DNA of 64,000 bases, taken from positions 1,483,107 through 1,547,106 of the forward strand of contig NW_004797350.1 of assembly GCF_000002075.1 (NCBI RefSeq), in the 5' to 3' direction. The notes under the pieces were generated by a model. That model was not told the DNA's origin, made no database searches, and was given only the letters and a program-made list of their open reading frames with translations. The DNA is from Aplysia californica (lineage: Eukaryota). Each line of letters opens with the position of its first letter. Within the stretch, counting starts at the first letter, position 1. Of the stretch, positions 25,832-38,200 are shown piece by piece. A program made the position numbers and the translations under genes.

Positions 25832-26429
25832 CAGCTTTTCAAGTCATTTCTTTATGTAGGCCTCAAGTGATCGCTGTCTTCTTTATCTTTAGACCTACTT
25901 AGCCTTAGATACCACTGATACAGGTAGGTAGTGCAGTAGGCTACACTCAGTAGCAATAATTTCTCAATTTCTAGCCCATTTGGTCTAGAAATCCATATAA
26001 AATATAATAATTATGTGGCCAAAGAATTTAAATTAATGGTTTCCCATATCAGTCATTCGAAGCATGTGTTTGTTATCCTTTGTCCATGGGATTATTCTGC
26101 CACCACATAAAGGTCTATAGAGGCTACAAATTAGTACAAAGCTACAATACTCGTATTAAACCATTATACTTATAGTACATGTAGCATACGTCTATTATAG
26201 TTATAGTATAGCATTTTTTTTACTGAAGTTATACACATTGGACTGCGGCCTACTTCAGTGCACAGCTTGCTATAATATATAGTCATAGTTAGAGATAGTC
26301 ATACTAGATTTAGGCCTACATTTTAACTGAACATATTTGAATCCCGGCATCTGTAGGCCTACTGAGCACAAGACCATAGATATATACAGATCTCTATATA
26401 TATATATAAGATGACAAAATATAACCCAC

Positions 26430-27255
26430 CATGAATGTAGAAACATTAAAGGGGCCGGTAAAGAAAGTAAGCTCTGCTGTCACACACAATCACAGACAAC
26501 TTGGGAGCAAACGCGTCTGTTCGCATGGGGCAGGTAACGCCTTTTTGTTTGGGCTTGCAACAACCTTTGACCTATGAACTCTGAAGTGTTTTTTAGCGAT
26601 TTCTTATAAACACTTTTTTTTTTCTCTGTTTTGCCCTTTCAAGTTTTCCTTTTGATTTTTAAGAAATTCAAACTAAAGGAAAATGATATTTTGATTTTTA
26701 CTTCATTTTACTTCTAAAAACACAACTAATTCGTTATAATAAATTATGCTAAATAGTCACATGATATGTAAATGATGTTTTCACATACGGGCATTTCAAA
26801 CCTACATTTTGTGCTTTCAATATGGCGGCTCCCATATTGAAATGGAAGCGGGTAACAAATACTTCAGGACCATGTCCAAGACCGCGCCATGGACATCGTG
26901 CAGTGGCCATAAAGGATCTAATGATTGTATTTGGTGGTGGAAATGAAGGAATAGTGGATGAATTGCACGTATACAACACTTGTAAGTAACTGTTTGTTTC
27001 ATGTGTACTGCTCCATTATCAAAAATGGCGGCGTTTGTGTTGTTTCGATTGCGATTTCAGCTTTCGAGAAATAAGAACGATTGAAACGTCTTATAAAAAC
27101 AGTCAAATTAATTTCCTGCATTGTGATATCATTTTGAACATTTGTGTGTGTTTTTTCTAGTCCATAATTTGTTTTAGATCTGAATGTTTTCGAAAAAGCG
27201 GCAGTTGCCAATGAACTGCGTCGGGAGCTTGGGAAGATTCAAAATGGCGGCGCCC
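26430..27255. promoter_or_regulatory. Putative bidirectional TMEM187/HCFC1 promoter region with YY1 motifs
   Basis: Divergent genes; locally CpG-richer sequence; AAAATGGCGGC at 27022 and 27241, and CAATATGGCGGC over the HCFC1 ATG. Confidence 0.6.
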
Positions 27256-29187
27256 TACTATTATTATGAGCCCAAAAATCTAATGGTTTCCGCTTGTTGT
27301 GCAGAAATGATATTTGGAATCTACTTGGATACAACTAGCCGTGCAGATAAGTTTCTTAAAGTGTCTTTTAATGTTTATGTAATCATTTCAGGCTTTGTAA
27401 ATCGATGCCAAATTTGCGAATCGAAAGGAAGAAATTCAAGATGTCCGCTTGCTGCTTTACTTCACTTGTTGAATCTCGCGGGCCCGAGAATGACCGTGGT
27501 TTCTGTTATTTTTTTCTTTACGCTGTGTTGGACGGTTGAAATTGTGACGCATGCCTTTTTATTCACTTGTCTTAGACTAACGTTTCGTTGCAAATTTTTT
27601 GGGTTGTCTTCTTTGGCTGTACTGTGTTCTCAGTTTGATCTATTTATGATGCTGTCGGAATTGGACAAAAAGCGCCATCTGTATTTCAGCTGATGGTCCT
27701 TGATGTGACCAAGGGAGACGACCTTTTGTGTGTTTTCTTGTTTCCTGTGTAAAAGAGGCGGTTCCAACAAAATTGGAGATTCCGATTCCCACCGGCCTTT
27801 TAAAATAATTAAATTTTTATAAAAATAGTGTCCCATCGACCGACAAGTATATAAAAAATATGGAGGGGGGTGCTAGTTTTATTAAATGTGTGCTTGTTTG
27901 TAATTGTTGTGCCATGGATGGCTTTTGAAACAGTCATACTGTTATTGTATGTCATTCAGTTATAATATTAATACACCATCTCATCTTATTATATTATAGT
28001 TATAGTCATGTCATAGTCTATAGTAGTTTGTGCTGACTGCTGTACTCCACTCCCTTACAGGCCAGTTTTGCTATGGATTATCATGTCTAGTTTGGAGGGT
28101 TTGGATATTAGAATTTTGGGTAAGATTGAAGAATACCGGACCAGCGGACTGACTTTGCCTATGTCTCAACCTTAGGAATTCATAATTTCCCCGTTTTTAA
28201 TATCTCTCAATGGAGAATCTCGGACCGGTAGATCTATTCATTAAATTTTGTCAGGGGGGAGACCCCCCTGAACCCACCCGCCCCACTTTCTCGGGCAATA
28301 ATGTACGAGTGGTCCGGTATTCTTCAATCTTCCCGAATTTTGAAAGGTTTTAAAAGTTACACGGGGGGGGGGGGGGGGTAACTTCAAAGCGCCGCTAAGA
28401 AATAGCCTCTATTGAATTGTGGTGTCATGGGAAATTACGATATTAAGCCTATGATTATGTTGGAAGATGCTTAAACTTGAGAAACGCAGTTGCGAGCGCC
28501 GTAAAACCTCTACTAAAACTAACTAAACTTGAGAACAGGCAGACCAACTTAGTAACACCCATAAATCTATCTTTTCAGAAAGTACAATAATAATAAAATA
28601 ATTTCATTTACATTCCACATAGCCGTGCTTTATAGCTTGCTCTCTTTGCCTTTTCAACTTGTTTTGCATTCAGCAATGGAAATAACTCTTATTCAAAAAG
28701 GATCTCTAAGTTTTTTTAGGTGCCATGTCTTTATTGCTGTAGATGGAATTACAAGTTCAGTGCAATGGATATAAACTTATATATTTTTGTCATGAAATTG
28801 TATTGCTCACTCATGGGTTACTCTTCATAATCAGAGGAAAAAGTATTTAATGACACAGTCTTTTTCTATTACACTTACAGCTGCCAATCAGTGGTTTGTA
28901 CCGGCGGTGAGAGGAGACATCCCGCCAGGCTGTGCTGCTTACGGCTTCATCTGCGATGGTACCAGAATTCTTGTGTTCGGTGGAATGGTGGAGTATGGAA
29001 AGTACTCGAATGAACTGTATGAGCTTCAGGCGTCCAGATGGGAATGGAAACGACTCAAACCCAAAGCACCGAAAAGTGGTCCTCCTCCCTGTCCTCGGCT
29101 TGGTATGATAACTTGTGGCTGGTTTTTTTGGGGGGGGGGGGGTTGTGGGTTTTTTTTGTCTGTAGGGTACGAGCTTTCCCGCTCACC

Positions 29188-29272
<85 letters not shown>

Positions 29273-32200
29273 GTAGCTAAAGATGCATACTTACTTTATG
29301 TTTGTGTGGTATAAAGATGCTTTATGTTTGTTGTTACAATGGGACAAAATGCATGTGGCTTGGGGGGTGGCAAAGAACTACAAAGCTATGACATGTTTTC
29401 TTTCTTTCCAAACCTTGTTGTAAAGAGAACTGACTAGCAAAAAATAGTCTGGTAGAGAGTTTATATTGAAAGTATCAACTTGCAGCGCCAGATAGCTGGT
29501 GTCATGAAAATTGCTGAGTGTTGTAATACTAGGTGGAAGATAATGAGAACAACTCGGCTCATGCATGCCCATGGGCATTTATATTGCACAGAGGGCAATT
29601 ATTCACTGGTTATATCGGGCATTGTTTATATTGTGTGTGCCAACTGATTTTTTGTGTGATTTGTCTCTATTTGCTTCATTTGCTCTTCCTCAGGTCACAG
29701 TTTCACCCTCTTGGGGAACAAAGGATATTTGTTTGGAGGCCTTGCCAATGACAGTGAAGATCCAAAAAACAATATTCCCAGGTGAGGGATTGACCTTAAT
29801 TCCAAATTTTATGGCACTTTTGCCCAAAGTGGTTTAATTGGCATCTTTGGATTTTTTCCCTCTACTTTTGCACTTCTCTCATTGTGTGAAGTACATTATA
29901 CCTCTGTAGTGTTAGTGATGAACATCTTATATAAGGCTTGTCTGGTATTTTTCAGTTTCTTACACGTTGATGATAATTCCCCATGTGTATATCTCCCCAT
30001 AGGTACCTGAATGACCTCTACACCCTAGAACTTCGACCCTTGTCAAACCAGCTGTCATGGGATCTCCCCTCTATTGTGGGCGTGCCCCCGCCTCCCCGTG
30101 AGTCACATTCAGCCGCTTCATACGCAGAGAAAGATGGCAGGAGGCCACGTCTCTTCATTTACGGTGGTATGAGCGGCTGCAGATTGGGTGATCTTTGGAT
30201 GCTTGATGTTGGTGAGTATTTGTTATGAGGTTGTTTATGTCTTTACCACTAAAGTTTTATCTCTACTGCATATTCATAGTCATTTTTTTTTAATCAAAAG
30301 AGTGCTGTTGTAGAATTATCTGACAAAAAATGGTCTACTCTTTGTGTGTCCCATTGGTGTGTATGTCATGAGAGATGTCTTTTCTCCTGGTTCGACTCTC
30401 TTCTCTCCACACTCAACCGAACCATTTCAGTATCTATTTTCACATTTTCAAAACATTTATTCTTCTCGTGCATAAAGTATTGACAACTTTTTTCCCCCCT
30501 TGACTTACTATTTCAGAATGCATGGCATGGGTACAGCCTACTATTTCAGGCATGCCTCCACTGCCTAGAAGTCTGCACTCAGCTACAGTGATTGGCAACC
30601 GTATGTTTGTGTTTGGAGGATGGGTGCCACTGGTCATGGATGATGTCAAGGTGGCCACACACGAGAAAGAGTGGAAGTGCACAAACACACTGGCTTCACT
30701 GAATCTGGGTATGGGTTCTGTCCGTTTTTCTCTCTATTTCTTGGGGGGGGGGGGGGGGGGGTAACTTCAAAGCGCCGCTAAGAAATAGCCTCTATTGAAT
30801 TGTGGTGTCATGGGAAATTACGATATTAAGCCTATGATTATGTTGGAAGATGCTTAAACTTGAGAAACGCAGTTGCGAGCGCCGTAAAACCTCTACTAAA
30901 ACTAACTAAACTTGAGAACAGGCAGACCAACTTAGTAACACCCATAAATCTATCTTTTCAGAAAGTACAATAATAATAAAATAATTTCATTTACATTCCA
31001 CATAGCCGTGCTTTATAGCTTGCTCTCTTTGCCTTTTCAACTTGTTTTGCATTCAGCAATGGAAATAACTCTTATTCAAAAAGGATCTCTAAGTTTTTTT
31101 AGGTGCCATGTCTTTATTGCTGTAGATGGAATTACAAGTTCAGTGCAATGGATATAAACTTATATATTTTTGTCATGAAATTGTATTGCTCACTCATGGG
31201 TTACTCTTCATAATCAGAGGAAAAAGTATTTAATGACACAGTCTTTTTCTATTACACTTACAGCTGCCAATCAGTGGTTTGTACCGGCGGTGAGAGGAGA
31301 CATCCCGCCAGGCTGTGCTGCTTACGGCTTCATCTGCGATGGTACCAGAATTCTTGTGTTCGGTGGAATGGTGGAGTATGGAAAGTACTCGAATGAACTG
31401 TATGAGCTTCAGGCGTCCAGATGGGAATGGAAACGACTCAAACCCAAAGCACCGAAAAGTGGTCCTCCTCCCTGTCCTCGNNNNNNNNNNNNNNNNNNNN
31501 NNNNNNNNNNNNNNNNNNNNNNNNNNNNNNNNNNNNNNNNNNNNNNNNNNNNNNNNNNNNNNNNNNNNNNNNNNNNNNNNTGTTGGTAATGGGTTGTTTG
31601 TAAATATTAAATAGCCATCCTATACTTTAATTGAATTTTCACATGTTTAATGTAAATTATGGAAAAATTGTTCATCTTCCGTTTGTTTGTTATTACAGAA
31701 ACAATGACATGGGAACCTCTCATTTACTCAACTCTTGGTACTTTCTTCTTTAGTGCTTCCAAAATTTCCCCTTGGAATTGGTACCTTTACCATTTTTCCA
31801 GGTTTTAGAAGTCTCTACTTTGCTGTTTATCTTGAGAATTTATGCCTGAAGTCATGTTACCTGTTTTGCCACATTTTCAAAGTTTCAGATTAGTATCCAA
31901 TTGTTAAGTTTTGTCTTAGTTTCACCTTTGAAATGTTGGTAATGGGTTGTTTGTAAATATTAAATAGCCATCCTATACTTTAATTGAATTTTCACATGTT
32001 TAATGTAAATTATGGAAAAATTGTTCATCTTCCGTTTGTTTGTTATTACAGAAACAATGACATGGGAACCTCTCATTTACTCAACTCTTGGTACTTTCTT
32101 CTTTAGTGCTTCCAAAATTTCCCCTTGGAATTGGTACCTTTACCATTTTTCCAGGTTTTAGAAGTCTCTACTTTGCTGTTTATCTTGAGAATTTATGCCT

Positions 32201-35200
32201 GAAGTCATGTTACCTGTTTTGCCACATTTTCAAAGTTTCAGATTAGTATCCAATTGTTAAGTTTTGTCTTAGTTTCACCTTTGAAATGTTGGTAATGGGT
32301 TGTTTGTAAATATTAAATAGCCATCCTATACTTTAATTGAATTTTCACATGTTTAATGTAAATTATGGAAAAATTGTTCATCTTCCGTTTGTTTGTTATT
32401 ACAGAAACAATGACATGGGAACCTCTCATTTACTCAACTCTTGGTACTTTCTTCTTTAGTGCTTCCAAAATTTCCCCTTGGAATTGGTACCTTTACCATT
32501 TTTCCAGGTTTTAGAAGTCTCTACTTTGCTGTTTATCTTGAGAATTTATGCCTGAAGTCATGTTACCTGTTTTGTCACATTTTCAAAGTTTCAGATTAGT
32601 ATCCAATTGTTGGTAATGGGTTGTTTGTAAATATTAAATAGCCATCCTATACTTTAATTGAATTTTCACATGTTTAACGTAAATTATGGAAAAATTGTTC
32701 ATCTTCCGTTTGTTTTTTATTACAGAAACAATGACATGGGAACCTTTGGCCATGGAAGTTTTTGAGGATGCTTTGCCCAGAGCTAGAGCAGGCCACTGTG
32801 CTGTGGCTATCAACACCCGTCTCTACATTTGGAGTGGTCGAGATGGCTACAGGAAAGCTTGGAATAACCAGGTTTGACTTTTTGTCTTTATGGTCTACCT
32901 AAGTTTCATATGAGGACACCGGTTTTAGTTTTGTTTCAAACAATGATTGATTAAAAACATAGGTTGTTCACTTAAATCTGTAAGTTCCTTGTCCTGTGCC
33001 AGCCCCATCTGTCCATGATGTTCACTATTGCAGAAATGAGATGTGTGCAGAGTATGATAGATCCAGCACCTTTTTCTGCTTTCAGTGTGTCTATGCACAT
33101 GTCTATACTTTTTTGATAGACTTATGATTGAAGTCATCGGGCATGCAATTGCTTTATATTTATGGTATTGCCTGAAAGTGTAAACAAGAAAAATGTTTTT
33201 CGTGGTAATTCCTAACACCTTGTTTCACTGCTTTTTATTTATACAAATTCATTTTATCTTTGTCAAAACAGGTTTGCTTCAAGGATCTCTGGTTCCTTGA
33301 GACAGGTGAGTTTTTCATTGGAAGTAAATATATGATTGAAATTTGTGTTTAAAAAAGGATTCTGAATGTAATAAGTGGAAATAATTTCGTCTAGTCATTT
33401 GATGTGAATGACTTTATTGTTAGTTCTGTATGTATTTGGTTGAAACAGTTGTATGGAAGTTAGTATTATATTAGAGGATTGGGAGAAATAATTGTTTCTT
33501 TTTTCAGTGGCATGAGAGAGAACAAAACATATTCATGAAAGTCTTCTGTAAATTTGTATCACTTAGAGTGTCAAATGAGGGTCCGACCAGAAAGAGATAG
33601 GCTTGTTTCTTATGGCTTTTGTTTATTGAAAGCCCGCAATTGTTTACTGAGTGAGCCAGTTGCTAAGTTAAAGCTGAGGTTTACTGGGTTTTTTATTCTT
33701 TTGGATTTCTTTTTAGTTCTCGCAGAATAACACCCATGTATGTACACACACAAATGATTCCTCTCATGACCTCCCCCTCCTCTTTCTTCACCTTGTCAAC
33801 AGAAAAGCCACCAGCCCCTTCCAGGGTCCAGCTGGTGCGCGCCAGCACAAACACACTGGAGGTGTCATGGGGCTCGGTGCCCACTGCGGACGCCTACCTG
33901 CTCCAGCTGCAGAAGTACGACCTGCCCCCGTCCACCTCAGCGGCCACCAGCACCACCTCGGCTGCTGCCACCACCCCCGCCATCACGGCTGCCCCGGCCA
34001 CCCCCACCACACCCACCCCCGCCCCCGTCACTCCTACAGCAGCCGTCACACAGACCAGGCCCCAGTTCCAAGTGACTGGACAGCCTGGCATTGTCCGCAC
34101 ACCCACGGCCGGTATGTGCTGTCATTTTTTTAAACGTTCATTTTGTGTGTGTGTGGTTTTATGGGGGGGTTTTTCCTGTCATCGTCTTCATGTCAATTTT
34201 CATCTACAGTTGTAAGATATGAAGTTCTTACACTAAAAGTTGCATAGCTGCCAACCAGTGGGTAAAAAATGTATTAATACATTTATGAGGGTCTGAGTGT
34301 GTAAGTACGTTTTTGTGGAGGAAACTACATATTTTGTTTCCAGTATTGCTCCTCACTGACTTTTCAATGCTGACAAAAAATTATAGCTTTCAAAACAGGA
34401 TTTGTGAATGCCCACGGTCGGTTGGAGAGATCCGTTGCTGCAGGTGCATTTTGAATAGCTTTAATTTATTAAATGCAGAAAAGTGTGTGTAAAGTCGGGG
34501 GGGGGGGGAGATTACTTGTCTAATGCCCACCATCTTGACTCGTGATATAGGTGGGGTGTGGGGATTGTTTAAGAAAGTTGGGAGCTATGAAGTTGTGACT
34601 AAAGAATTTTAACTCAGTAGAGGTCTTGTGTTCTTCAAATGTGTGATTGTGTATATTGTGTTACTTGCTGTGTCTTTCTTTCTTTCTTTTTAAAAATGAA
34701 ATATTTATTTCCATTACCTCACAGCAAGTTTTTCTGAAAAAAATGTACACTTACTACTGAGTGATGTTCTATTCACATAGCACTTACTTCATGTAAACTT
34801 ACTCCTTTTTGTTTGAATCTGGCTGTCTCATAATGAACTTGCTGTGTCTAGATCACCCATTACCACTAGCATATATATTTTTACGTAGATTTTTCTTTTC
34901 TTTTATTGACTGCACTCCAGATCTGTAGTTGGAGCTGTTTTGTAATTTGTTTGTGTGACGCTGGAGTAGTACTTTGTGTACACTCATGTGGACACTGAAT
35001 ATTTAATTTCCCTTTTTTAAAACTTTTATTACATCCCCTAATTCTTATAATTTACTGCTGTTGGTTTATGGAATGAGTCCTTCAAAGGTTAAAACTGCTA
35101 TAGGGAAGCTTGCCGTCAAGAATTAAGTATTCAGACTTTACATAATTCACCATTTTGATCATTTAGTAAGTGTGCGCCTGTGATTGGATGAGAATTACTG

Positions 35201-38200
35201 TTTTGTAGCAGAAGAGGAATGGGATAGCGCTCTGGAGCAAATGAAAAGGAAATTAAATGTTCATCTTAAATCGCTTTTTGCCGCTTTCAAAACCACACCT
35301 TGATACACATTAGACGGATTAACTTCACACTTCTTCGTGGCTCTCCCCTACCCCCCTCCCACTATTCACTGTCCGATTTCCCCGCCGCCCAGGCCTGCCC
35401 ATTCGCACCCTGACCACTGTGGTCTCCCCCCTGCCCATGACCCTCGGCCAGTCTCCACAGACCATCAAAGGTAGCAGTATATGCCTTTCTACGTCGCTCT
35501 TGCATTCTGCGTGCACGCCTGCGACTAGAAATGTTACTCACTCTCGCATGGCTTTCGCAGCTCAACAGGTCTTTTTTTTTAATGTTGTGTTGGAACTTAT
35601 TTTTGTGTTCCCATTTTTATTGGCTTTATTCTTGGTTGGGCTCCCCCTTGAAATATCTTGTAAGTTTGGCTTATTTTAAACCTATTTATTGGGATGGTGT
35701 GTGGTGATATTGATCCTTCCCCCCACCACCCCTATTGATGCTCATAACTTGTAAGTGATGATGAATTCAGTTCTTCACTTACTGCACGAAGGTCTTAATG
35801 TATTTTCCTGATTATTTTTTTTATTATGTAGGTATCTGGTTTAATTCGCATTATGGACTTTATTTTTAAAAGGTTTCCATGGAGCATCGTTTTAAAAATT
35901 CCTCTTATTTCTTTCCTCCTGCCCCACCCTTTTTTTATTGAAGCATGAATACTGATACATTGGCCGGCTTTCGATAAAATGTTGATAAATAGTAAGCAAC
36001 ATTTCCTCTTACCCACAGAAGCAGCAGGCTCTTAATTTCTGTTACTGTCTAAAACAGCTGAGGAACATGGCAAAGTTATACCTCAATAGGAGCCTATGAA
36101 ATCACCATAAAGCCAATGCTCCAACAGTATGTAGGAGAATCTCAATGTATGGCTATGATGTAGTAGTTAGTATGTCATGGTCTTGCAGATGTTTCAACAC
36201 AATAAATTCACTCACAGAATTAGAAAACCATATCACAAAGATGAGTTTTGATAGGAACTATGAATTTACTCTTTGTCATGAAGGAGGATTAACACTTTGC
36301 CGTCACATTTTGGGGAAAATCCAAAGAAACTGGGTGGTAAATATCGCCAATCTGCGAGATGAGGCCGCAAAAAAATTAAGCATAATAATTTTCGTATTCA
36401 AGAAAAAAAAAATTAAGCCCTTGCTTAGCAGATGTGTGCCTGTTTTAATTATGCCCAGTCATGCAATGATCTATCAGGCTTTTGCTGTTAAGGCTGCTTC
36501 TTTTTTTTTTTAAAGCTCAGTAAACCTTTTTTTAATTTAATTTTTGTTTACTTTTGTTGGTTGAGATTGTCATCTTATCATCCTAACCCAACATTTGGAG
36601 GTTCTTTTTGAGCAGGGTTTGTATTTTTTGTGGCTAACTTTTACCCCTGTTATTGTTTGCCTTCCTCTTTGGTCTGGTTTTGTCCTATTCTATTTACTTT
36701 TACAGTATTTTGGTAGTCATCACACACTGATAGAGTGTATGGAACAGAGCCAAAGCTATCATGTATTTATTCTTTATTTGGAGCAAACAAAATTGTTTGT
36801 TCTCCTGCAGTTCCTTTTTAATCATTTCTAAAGAAAGCAACACTTGTGCTTCTAACTCGTGTAACATGAATATGATAAACTAATAACAGCTGTGGCTGTG
36901 CCGTGTGGCAGACCTAGATTATGGAGACAGTTTTTAAAAATGACTTATATAATGCATGTTTAAAAATCAGTGGAGTTGGTCCATATTTCAGATTCAAAAT
37001 GACCCCTGGACTCATTATTTGTGTCATGGTTTAAGAAGAGTACGACCAACACAAACAGAATAAGTGTTGTGGGTGTATCCATACATCTGCTGGTATATTT
37101 TAGGTCTTTATTCGATAAATGAAGCTTGGTTGGGGTTTGCGAAGAGTGTAAGGTTGATTTCTTTCTCAAAGATGTGTTATTTCAGCAAAGCCATCTTAAT
37201 CATTCTGACTTTGTTGAAAAAGCAGAGTAGGGAAGGAGAGTCTTGAGTAATCTTCTGTCGGTAAATATAAATAGAAAATTCAAAAAAAATTATTTTTTGT
37301 CTGTCAACACTGCTCAATGTTTCGCCTCATAAACTCTCCTAGTTAGTTTTTTTAGTTTTAGTAAAGAGTTTTACAGCACTTGCAATGCAATAAGGTCATA
37401 TAAGTGCTGAAGATTAGAGGTGTTACAAGAGAGTAACAACAAACGTAGAAAAGAAGGAGGAGAGATAAGGAGGATAGATGTTTAAGAGGAAAGAAGGAGC
37501 AAACCACACCAGAGCACCCGCCAACCACCCACATAAACTCTCCTCAAGGAGCAACTGGGAGTAAACCTGAAGGCAGCACTGTATATATATCATAGTCATT
37601 CCGTCTTTGGTGATATCTGAGGAGAATTGTTTTTGCAATATTTCGGGTCTTGATTTTTGTGTGTGCCAGGAGGTTCTTGTAGTTTGGCACAAAGGACAAA
37701 GATTCATTTTAAAACTGAGACACACAACTTTGGTGCATACGAAATGCTTTCATAGCGGTAGTCTCATAAGCCCTGAAGTTTATTTAGGGATGTATATCAG
37801 AGATCAATCGACAAAGGCATCTACATGTTTGTATCCCTCTGTGTGCTCCACAATGCCTCTTTTACTTTGTTGTTTTATTTGCTTTTAGATTGAGTACTCA
37901 AAAAAAGGGGTGTTGTTATTTTTTCTTGAAAAGACATTGAGCCGCAGCCCTGCTGAATGTATAACCACTGTAATAACTTACCTGTTGTACTAACAGTTTC
38001 AATTTTGGCATGTTGATGGTTTGGTCATTAGTACACTTGATCATATATATATGGTAGCCTTCATTCAAATCATGAGGGAGTTGGTTCTGAAAATCTTTGT
38101 CTGGAGCGATAATATCAAATGTGCGAGAAATGCTGATTTGTTTTTACGTTTTCCGTCTAAATGTTTTTGTTTTACATCTATTTGTCTTGTATGAGCTGAT

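Noticed and set aside
27184-27693. 169-aa ORF in HCFC1 intron 1 containing MAAP, like the HCF start
   Set aside because: The MAAP arises from the YY1 motif ATGGCGGCG; the rest has no recognisable protein character.
30743-31480. Apparent duplication of HCFC1 exon 2 (extra Kelch repeat or scrambled exon order)
   Set aside because: Identical to 28363-29097 including intron sequence, joined through a poly-G homopolymer and ending at a 100-N gap. This is the pattern of a mis-join; long reads are needed before treating it as real.
31581-32608. CRISPR-like or prokaryotic repeat array
   Set aside because: Long identical tandem units with no unique spacers, in a spliced eukaryotic gene; no cas genes.
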